This document shows, one piece after another, positions 36,901 to 42,545 of a stretch of DNA of 46,571 nt. Under the pieces are notes generated by a model. That model did no database searches and was not told the origin of the DNA. It saw only the letters and a program-made list of their open reading frames with translations. The position numbers were made by a program, and so were the translations under genes. Source of the stretch: a virus (Duplodnaviria > Caudoviricetes); the IMG/VR virus record IMGVR_UViG_3300032225_001126, positions 1-46,571 of that record. One strand, given 5' to 3'. Positions within the stretch are counted from its first letter, which is position 1. Every line of letters starts with the position of its first letter.

Positions 36901-37218
36901 ACTACTGTAAATGGAACATCTACAAGATTCATTCAAGATTTGAAAATTGGAGACACGATTGCTGTTGGATCTAATAGAGAGCAAAAAGTTATTACAACTC
37001 TTGCAAATAATACTTCTTTGACTGTCGATTCTGTTTTCTCTACGACAGCAACTTCACAAGATATTTTTAGAGTGCTAAATAATTCAATAACTTATACTAC
37101 TCCCGACGCAAGAATATATCAAGGATATAAATATTTTGCGATAAAAATTGTATTTTTATCGAGCGTTTTTACTTATTCTCCAAAGATAAAAAATCTTAGA
37201 GGAATTGCATTAGCATGA
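30919..37218 (+). CDS. Large virion structural protein (DUF4815/VrlC-like baseplate/fibre-attachment protein)
   Basis: PYFDDYDE.K.F..IL.RPGRAVQARELTQ.Q, APGADRLKI, RT.EESGNY, RRFTMRD, LEYYT.LS.LE, DPLSQSF, P.IKNLR.IALA. Confidence 0.85.
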   Translation: MANTNPGGIDFNTSPYFDDYDEDKKFARILYRPGRAVQARELTQAQTLQQVQTKRFAEYFFKQGALVDGCEQNLDVRSNFVKLQTLYNGSEVNANNFSRNIVYGANSGIKAYCGLVADIEGNDPKTIFVSYATSGTQVLTVNVAPSTLQVGNNITFSTGNTGTIEAWYTDPITGINKIYVSNTSGTLSVTTATTPLSTGSIQVLNVTNVVDYRANTKFANSETIFTSNTIGRSYASAALTNATRNVVDEGLSTQQIYESGSKITISEGVVYVADHFVKHSTQSIILDKYTNTPSYKVGLVPIKSFVDYISDESLVDNAQGTPNYQAPGADRLKIDTLLVKVALDEITDENEFITLVEIENGVPRKRKTINEDSKIADILAKRTQEESGNYTLDDPIVTTREHLLNGDNGGRYTSTDGGNTNLLLVEVDPFTSYVSGYRNQIIAKTSVPIEKGLSTSYVQQTKTQINYGQYIEVKELVGAWDIMESKTVDLYDTAQQAITNLAHSTATVTGTKIGTARVRSIEYVNGTKGTYDARYYLYLYEIVMNSGKNFSAVRSVYDSTTPKRFADIVVTTAGAVLQETSFNNMIFTLPYKAIKTIRDTSQNVETSFRFKKKFTVSFSSGVSTVATDVVTETFVGTGTLSNTQKNDYYMVVVNNAGANVETSTLSGTVTISAGSNTVTGSSTSFTTQLNVGDLIKVNSLTKQIASITNATSLILTTTHATGSTANTFTKIIPSGSVLSLSANGGKGSTRTITASSPGTISIDVQENATFTADVIVSMDRSAAKEKIKTLNYSTQANINPNTHPNGITGPFGLGYGDIYQVRGIYQSSSFASAATIANTNVTSNYTFDNGQKDYAYEHGSIKPITGYSPTGRLLVVFDNFTHDTSQGVGYCSVDSYPINDSITSNTTIATANIPTFLSPTTKNFYDLRDCVDFRPIKTANTSLNPIDIGTYQVPTFGLRIPESGSDFESDMIYYKGRISKVYINSSGVFGINDGVPAQSGNQKAESPPTKSDTLEIAELTIPPYPSLPSTVKIRLLKNRRFTMRDVAKLSERVERLEYYTALSFLEKQATDKTELDNDGLDRYKNGIIVDPFVGWTVASTSPDSACAIDKTNKYLTCLQDNSNTINFVYQSPYFSNNLLGPLGSGLSYVACIAADDYMNYGGKLMLPWSEVEAGGLKQIYASKSLKLAEELNFVWTGDLSIMPYTDNFFDTVNDPTKAVVYNDDQGAENWKGLINAWNTEVAPLNKKWIGSPTQTYVVPGSAKTEIQNKTSGYSVASTTNADGSTTIDVERTVSKVQVSSVQQQTAEVWYNQLISGAESKESKNDVKFDRVVSVETALWMRQREFVIYARGLKNNSQMYAFFDGINVTANCYQIEAVSGNEGFFNALKFGFDNDGFLNGEGVIWKAIASGANTAQPLTVKNNEIYLLFEVPYKKFYTGTREFKITDSPTNSEGLTSTFARNNIFAQGIIQKTGTVSINSRPFNVSFNKTDNIKEAGRKILSTKKVETSSKVLSTETVSYSYTIPVGTDPLSQSFYVDPDTYPSGFYLTSIDLFFRSKSKDDNRNVSVELREVQNGFPAPHFISNGDNAVVNNRLIQISDDASLATKFSFKNPIYLSPGNDYCFAVKPENNDADFAIWVAELGAIDISNPNKQTRIESAYNSGLLFTSSNDRTWTAKQNIDMKFTMRIAEFDTTQTYYVYWNNLQIPNAFTYDGLTPVIADQILPGTNIDFGIKTSDDAYAVDSDWTTIKNYERIGFRSRKQISANTAENTNSFKSLQLRAGLSTTDKYVTPYIDNENIIFHLDKNIINNAYNTSVSGTVQYSSGNNVVIGTGTSFTTQVYAGEYAKFGTQFRRISSISNNTYLTVSTNFTASNSASQTMTIREEENPYGTYSSQARYITKVVTLNDGFEANDLVVYLDVNRPAGTSIKVYCKVLNENDSDAFDDKFYIPMTLDGFETYSLNSGTYKEEKYMIPTSVKTGGTILLSGNVSISTSSTTVNGTSTRFIQDLKIGDTIAVGSNREQKVITTLANNTSLTVDSVFSTTATSQDIFRVLNNSITYTTPDARIYQGYKYFAIKIVFLSSVFTYSPKIKNLRGIALA

Positions 37219-37457
37219 GGCAAAATAAAATCCCAATTGCGGATCCAATGAACGGATTTACTGAAAGAGATGCGAATTCAAAAGCAATTTTAAATACTGA
37301 TTTAAATTCTCTATTAAAGTATAAAATTCAAAAAAGAAAAATTCTTGATATTAATCAAAGTAAAGAAAATATTAATGAAATTTATAAAGAAATTGATGAA
37401 ATTAGAAATGATATTAGTGAGATAAAAAACCTACTATTAGCAATAGCTGGAAAATAA
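37215..37457 (+). CDS. Small coiled-coil protein typically following the DUF4815 gene
   Basis: RD..SKAILN.D followed by EIDEIRNDISEIKNLL. ATGA coupling. Confidence 0.75.
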   Translation: MRQNKIPIADPMNGFTERDANSKAILNTDLNSLLKYKIQKRKILDINQSKENINEIYKEIDEIRNDISEIKNLLLAIAGK

Positions 37458-37461
37458 AAAA

Positions 37462-39150
37462 ATGCCTATCACGAATATATCTTCATCTAACACGTTCGGT
37501 CAATTTAGACAAGCATTTAATGATGCTGCTAATGCCATCAATTTGTTACCAGCTGTTGGTGCCTCATTAATTGCGAACTCACTTACTGCAAACAATCTAA
37601 CTTCTGGTCGTGTTGCAATTGTTGGCTCTAGTGGTATAATTCAAGATGATATTGGACTAACATACAATGCAGCAACTGACGTATTGACCGTTGCTGGTGG
37701 AGTTACAGCAACTAATTTGACTTCTGGTCGCGTTGCTTTAGTAGGAACATCGGGACTAATTCAAGATGATGCTGGATTAACATATAATACAACATCTGAT
37801 GTTTTAACTGTATCCGGCGGAATTATAACAAGCGGAATTACAGCAACTAGTGTTACAGCAACTAATTTGACTTCTGGTCGCGTTGCTTTAGTAGGAACAT
37901 CGGGACTAATTCAAGATGATGCTGGATTAACATATAATCCAACAACTGATGCTTTAACTGTATCTGGAGCCTTAAATGTATCTGGCAATCTCGGACTGGG
38001 AGTTACGCTAAGTAATTGGGGGGGCAGTCAAAAAGCACTTGAAACACAAGCTGGGTCTCTTGCCGCACTTTCAAATTCATTGTTTGACCTTGTTCAAAAC
38101 GCCTTTAATAGTGGTTCAAGCTACATCTATAAAACTACTGCGCCCTCTAGTGTTTATCGTCAAACATCAGGGCAACATCAGTGGTATACAGCATCGTCTG
38201 GTACAATAGGCAATTCAATTACCTTTACGCAGGCGATGACTCTGGATGGAAATGGATATCTTGGTATTGGAACAACTACGCCGGGAGCAAAGCTAGTTGT
38301 TAGTGGTGGAAGTGTAATTATTGGCAATACCTCAGGAAGTTCCGCTGGTATTGAAATGGCAGGAAACGGAAATGGTGTGGGTTCAACTTCGTTTTTTGTT
38401 GGTCAAGGAAGTGATGGAACGGCTTATGTCTCTCAACGTGCCAATTTGAATTTGTTGTTCGGAACTAACAACTTAGAACGAATGCGTATCGACGCCTCTG
38501 GTGTATTATCTATTTCTGGAACAACTGATGCAGCAAATTCTACAAGTGGAACATTAATTGTTTCTGGTGGCGTTGGAATTGCTAAAAATCTTTATGTTTC
38601 CGGTAACACAGTTATTACTGGAAATCTAACAGTTTTAGGTTCAAATAGTGAAATTAGCACAACACAGATCAATGTTAACGATCCTTTAATACAATTAGCT
38701 AATAACAACATATCCGATTTAGTTGACATTGGTATTTTTGGTCAGTACAATTCTGGATCAGGTAACGTTCACTCTGGAATTTTTAGAGATTCTACTGACG
38801 GTATTTGGAAACTATTTAAATCATACAATCAAGAACCAACGACAAAGATTTCACCATCATCAAATAATTTTGCATATGCTGATCTAAATATTAATTCGCT
38901 AACTGCAAATAGTTTTGTTTATTTAAATAATCAAAACGTATTAAGATTTGGTTCTTCAGCGAATGCAAACTATGTTGGATTAAGATCAAATTCAGCTGTT
39001 GGATCAAATGTTATATGGACTCTTCCTAATTTAGACGGATCAGCAAATCAAGTGCTTACAACAAATGGTAGTGGCGGACTTTCGTTTGCCAATAATGGCG
39101 CTATAACAATAGGCAAATCTATCGCTATGGCGATAATCTTTGGATCATAA
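37462..39150 (+). CDS. Tail fibre-like structural protein A
   Basis: N-terminal NTF.QFR..FN anchor, three NLTSGRVA.VG..G.IQDD.GLTYN repeats, GNLGLG/GYLGIGTT fibre motifs, GTL.VSGGVG.AKNL, C-terminal GKSIAMAIIFG. Confidence 0.8.
   Translation: MPITNISSSNTFGQFRQAFNDAANAINLLPAVGASLIANSLTANNLTSGRVAIVGSSGIIQDDIGLTYNAATDVLTVAGGVTATNLTSGRVALVGTSGLIQDDAGLTYNTTSDVLTVSGGIITSGITATSVTATNLTSGRVALVGTSGLIQDDAGLTYNPTTDALTVSGALNVSGNLGLGVTLSNWGGSQKALETQAGSLAALSNSLFDLVQNAFNSGSSYIYKTTAPSSVYRQTSGQHQWYTASSGTIGNSITFTQAMTLDGNGYLGIGTTTPGAKLVVSGGSVIIGNTSGSSAGIEMAGNGNGVGSTSFFVGQGSDGTAYVSQRANLNLLFGTNNLERMRIDASGVLSISGTTDAANSTSGTLIVSGGVGIAKNLYVSGNTVITGNLTVLGSNSEISTTQINVNDPLIQLANNNISDLVDIGIFGQYNSGSGNVHSGIFRDSTDGIWKLFKSYNQEPTTKISPSSNNFAYADLNINSLTANSFVYLNNQNVLRFGSSANANYVGLRSNSAVGSNVIWTLPNLDGSANQVLTTNGSGGLSFANNGAITIGKSIAMAIIFGS
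37702..37938 (+). repeat. Exact 87-bp direct repeat inside fibre A (37702-37788 and 37852-37938), with diverged copies in fibre B
   Basis: GTTACAGCAACTAATTTGACTTCTGGTCGCG...GGATTAACATATAAT occurs twice, identically. Confidence 0.9.
38782..38889 (+). repeat. 108-bp block shared with 43440-43547 (4 mismatches)
   Basis: Manual alignment of TTTAGAGATTCTACTGACGG...GATCTAAAT between the two fibre genes. Confidence 0.88.
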
Positions 39151-39159
39151 GGAAAAAAA

Positions 39160-39555
39160 ATGGCAAATCCAAATTTGGTAAATGTGACAACGATGACTGG
39201 AAACACAACATATTTTACTCCATCTGGAACTTCGTCTGTAGTTCTTTTGCCTAACGCGGCGTCATCTAATCAAGTTTTGAAAATTAATCAGATTGTTGCT
39301 ACTAACGCAAACACAACAGCTGCTGCAAATGCTACAGTTTCGATTTACACTAATGGTAGCGTGGCTCAAGGATCTGGACCAGCAGGAGGAACTGCGTATC
39401 CGATTGCTTCAACAATTACGGTTCCAGTTGGTGCTGCATTGATTGTTGTAGACAAAAGTACGCAGATTTATCTAACGGAAAATACATCAATCGCAGTTAC
39501 CTCTAGCATTAGTAGTGCACTTACTTTTACTGTCTCGTATGAGGTCATATCATAA
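39160..39555 (+). CDS. Small beta-rich fibre-associated protein
   Basis: MANPNLVNVTT..G, KINQIV..N, I.STITVP, IYL.E, VSYE.IS. AAGGA SD. Confidence 0.8.
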   Translation: MANPNLVNVTTMTGNTTYFTPSGTSSVVLLPNAASSNQVLKINQIVATNANTTAAANATVSIYTNGSVAQGSGPAGGTAYPIASTITVPVGAALIVVDKSTQIYLTENTSIAVTSSISSALTFTVSYEVIS

Positions 39556-40935
39556 ATGTCATTGAGATATAGAGGAGGAATCTTATCAGCCACCTCGCCA
39601 ACAATTTCAATTAGTTCTGCTTCTGGATTTTGGAATAATACTCAGCAGATGCAAGCGCGAAGTGCCGGAACTTGGCCTATAGGAGTAACTATTCAAAGTC
39701 TAAAAGCATGGATAGGATTACTTGGCGCCTCTAATACCAATATCTATGATATTGGTTATGGAATAGCAGTAGACCAATCATCCGGTGATGTTTATGTTTG
39801 TGGGACTACAGATGTTAGCGGTTTTGGTGATTATAACTTTATAATATCTAAATTTAATACTTCTGGAACTCTTCAATGGCAAAGAACAATTTATGGTGAT
39901 AGTAGCAGTATCGATGCAGCATATTTTATTGCATTGGACTTGTCGGGTAATGTTTATGTTCTTGGTGCTACAGGTAGTAACAATATCATAGTAAAATACA
40001 ATACTTCTGGAACTCTTCAATGGCAAAGAATATTGCCAGGTTGTTATCTTGGTGGAATAGCAGCTGACTATTCTGGTAATGTTTATGTTGCTGGACCTAA
40101 AGGTACTGATAATTTTATTCTAAAATATGATACATTAGGAAATCTTCTATGGCAAAGAACTTTAACTAATAATCAAAATAGTTCAGCATCTATTGCAGTA
40201 GACTATTCTGGTAATGTTTATATTACAGGATATATTAATTTAAATGGTCAAGATTTTTTAATAGCCAAATACGATAATAATGGAAATATTCTATGGCAAA
40301 GGATATTGGGTACCGGAAGTTATGAAAATGCAACATCTATTGCAGTAGACTTATCGGGTAATGTTTATGTTTGTGGAAACAATTCGAATAATGTCATAAT
40401 TGCAAAATATGATACGTTAGGAAATATTCAATGGTCAAGAGAAGTTGCTGGTTCTGGCATTAGTTATGGTTATGGAATATCAGTAGACTTATCGGGTAAT
40501 GTTTATGTTTGTGGAAAAACTTACAACACAACATCATCAGTTGATAATCTCTTAATTGTAAAATATGACACATTAGGAAATCTTCTATGGCAAAGAACAT
40601 TGTCCACTAACGTAAATATTACTGGACAATCTATCGCAACAGATTCTAGCGGTTCTATTCATATTTGTGGATCTATTACTATGTTTGGAGGAGCCGCACA
40701 AGATTTTATAATAGCAAAACTTCCAATGGATGGTTCTTTAACTGCTACATATTCAATTAGTGGATATACATTTGATCCAATTGTTTATGCTGCTTCAAGT
40801 CTTAGTAATACTAGTTCACTTGTTTCTAATTCTACTTCAACTCTTTCTAATTCCGCTTCGACTATTGCTAATTCGGCTTCAACTCTTTCTAATACAGCAT
40901 CTACGCTAATTTTTACAAGAACAACAATATTATGA
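39556..40935 (+). CDS. Beta-propeller virion protein 1 (SBBP-like repeats)
   Basis: About 7 repeats of IAVD.SGNVYV.G ... I.KY(N/D)..G.L.WQR. Short N-terminal RY.GG...G.W...GTWP module. Confidence 0.85.
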   Translation: MSLRYRGGILSATSPTISISSASGFWNNTQQMQARSAGTWPIGVTIQSLKAWIGLLGASNTNIYDIGYGIAVDQSSGDVYVCGTTDVSGFGDYNFIISKFNTSGTLQWQRTIYGDSSSIDAAYFIALDLSGNVYVLGATGSNNIIVKYNTSGTLQWQRILPGCYLGGIAADYSGNVYVAGPKGTDNFILKYDTLGNLLWQRTLTNNQNSSASIAVDYSGNVYITGYINLNGQDFLIAKYDNNGNILWQRILGTGSYENATSIAVDLSGNVYVCGNNSNNVIIAKYDTLGNIQWSREVAGSGISYGYGISVDLSGNVYVCGKTYNTTSSVDNLLIVKYDTLGNLLWQRTLSTNVNITGQSIATDSSGSIHICGSITMFGGAAQDFIIAKLPMDGSLTATYSISGYTFDPIVYAASSLSNTSSLVSNSTSTLSNSASTIANSASTLSNTASTLIFTRTTIL

Positions 40936-41087
40936 GTTCATATATTAAATTATCTACTAAAGAATTTCCTCGTCGCATTGGAGAAATTGAGATCGATCCC
41001 GCTGGTATAGCTGATTATGCCATTGTTGAGCGGGCGAATAAGTCTTTCAATCTTCTAGATCGTTTTAATGTTTTAAAAAATGTCTAA
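40932..41087 (+). pseudogene. 51-codon ORF, possibly a truncated fibre accessory gene (not in ORF track)
   Basis: ATGA overlap with the upstream stop. Reads MSSYIKLSTKEFPRRIGEIEIDPAGIADYAIVERANKSFNLLDRFNVLKNV* and fills the gap between the two propeller genes. Confidence 0.4.
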
Positions 41088-42447
41088 ACGTTATCCGGGC
41101 GGATTAATTTCTAAAACTTCAGTAGTTCCTACAAGATCATCTGCTCCAGGTGTCTGGACGCTTGATCAAGCGATAGCTTATACTAAGACTGGAACTTGGC
41201 CTATAGGAATAACCGAGTATAATTGGGTTCAATATTTGGGCGCGACAGCCTCGGCAAATTTTTTTGGCGTTGCAATAGATTCTTCTGGTTTTATTTATGC
41301 TGCTATGAATACAGGCTCGGAGAGTGGTGGAGCGGGAAATAGTGATGGGGCTATTGTAAAATATGATTCTGCTGGAAATATTCAATGGCAAAAATTGTTA
41401 GGGTCAGCAATTTCTGATGATTTTCAAGGCGTAGCAGTAGATTCTTCTAGTAATGTTTATGTTGTAGGATCTACTGTTAATACAAACTTTTGCATTTTAA
41501 TTGCCAAATATAACACATCTGGAACTCTTCAATGGCAAAGAAGATTGGGTGGAGCTAGTGCTAATAATGATACTAGCAATAGAATAGCAGTGGACTCTTC
41601 TGGAAATGTTTACATTACTGGATCTTCTGGCGCAAATCAATCTATTTTAACAGCCAAGTATGACACTAATGGAAATATACAATGGCAAAGAACTTTAAAT
41701 GGGGCTGGAATCGATTACGGAGATAGTATTGCGGTAGATTCTGCTGGGAATGTTTACATTACTGGATATGCAACTGGTGTAGGACAAGGAAATTTAGAAC
41801 TCATAATTGCAAAATATGACACATTAGGAAATCTTCTATTTCAAAGAACTTTTGGTGGTGGATTAAATGACCAAGGCACTGGTATTGTAGTAGACTCTTC
41901 TGGAAATATCTATATTTGTGGTAACAGTCCTAGTGGAGGCGTTAATACTGATCTCTTAATTGCCAAATATAACACATCTGGAACTCTTCAATGGCAAAGA
42001 GTTTTATCTAGAACTGGTAATGACTATTCTTATGATATTGCACTAGATTCTTTTAATAATCTTTATATTTCTGGTGGTACTGATATATCTGCAGTCGCAT
42101 CTTTAATTGTAAAATATGATACAAATGGAAATCTTCTATTCCAAAGAATATTGACTGGAGTATCAAATCCTTATGGAATAGCTATAGATAATTTGTTTGC
42201 TAACATTAGTATGTGTGTTGTTGGAGATGCGGGGTCTATTATTAAACTTCCCAATGATGGAAGTAAAACTGGAACTTATGGCAGTTTAACTTATAGTGTA
42301 ACGTCAGCTTTTGCTAATTCTGAAGGATCATTTGTTAATGCAGCTGCAAGTTTAACTAATGCATCATCAACACTTGCTAATGGCGCATCAACACTTACTG
42401 ATAACAACGGAACTATGACTGTTAGATCAAAAACTAATATATTATAA
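41080..42447 (+). CDS. Beta-propeller virion protein 2 (paralog of 39556-40935)
   Basis: Same repeat pattern, same N-terminal module (MSKRYPGGLI...GVWTL...GTWPIG) and a C-terminal STL.N repeat. Confidence 0.85.
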   Translation: MSKRYPGGLISKTSVVPTRSSAPGVWTLDQAIAYTKTGTWPIGITEYNWVQYLGATASANFFGVAIDSSGFIYAAMNTGSESGGAGNSDGAIVKYDSAGNIQWQKLLGSAISDDFQGVAVDSSSNVYVVGSTVNTNFCILIAKYNTSGTLQWQRRLGGASANNDTSNRIAVDSSGNVYITGSSGANQSILTAKYDTNGNIQWQRTLNGAGIDYGDSIAVDSAGNVYITGYATGVGQGNLELIIAKYDTLGNLLFQRTFGGGLNDQGTGIVVDSSGNIYICGNSPSGGVNTDLLIAKYNTSGTLQWQRVLSRTGNDYSYDIALDSFNNLYISGGTDISAVASLIVKYDTNGNLLFQRILTGVSNPYGIAIDNLFANISMCVVGDAGSIIKLPNDGSKTGTYGSLTYSVTSAFANSEGSFVNAAASLTNASSTLANGASTLTDNNGTMTVRSKTNIL

Positions 42448-42482
42448 ATTTAAGAAAAAATTCAAAAAGAATTTTTTTTGAA

Positions 42483-42490
42483 TATAAATA
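42483..42490 (+). promoter_or_regulatory. T4 late promoter upstream of fibre B
   Basis: Exact TATAAATA in the intergenic region. Confidence 0.7.
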
Positions 42491-42545
42491 AAAATGTAGG
42501 ATGCTTTACAATTTAAACCTCATTACTATAACTAACAAATAAAAC

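Noticed and set aside
42452-42482. A/T inverted repeat after propeller 2 as a terminator
   Set aside because: The stem is almost entirely A-T and expected by chance at this composition, so it was not called.
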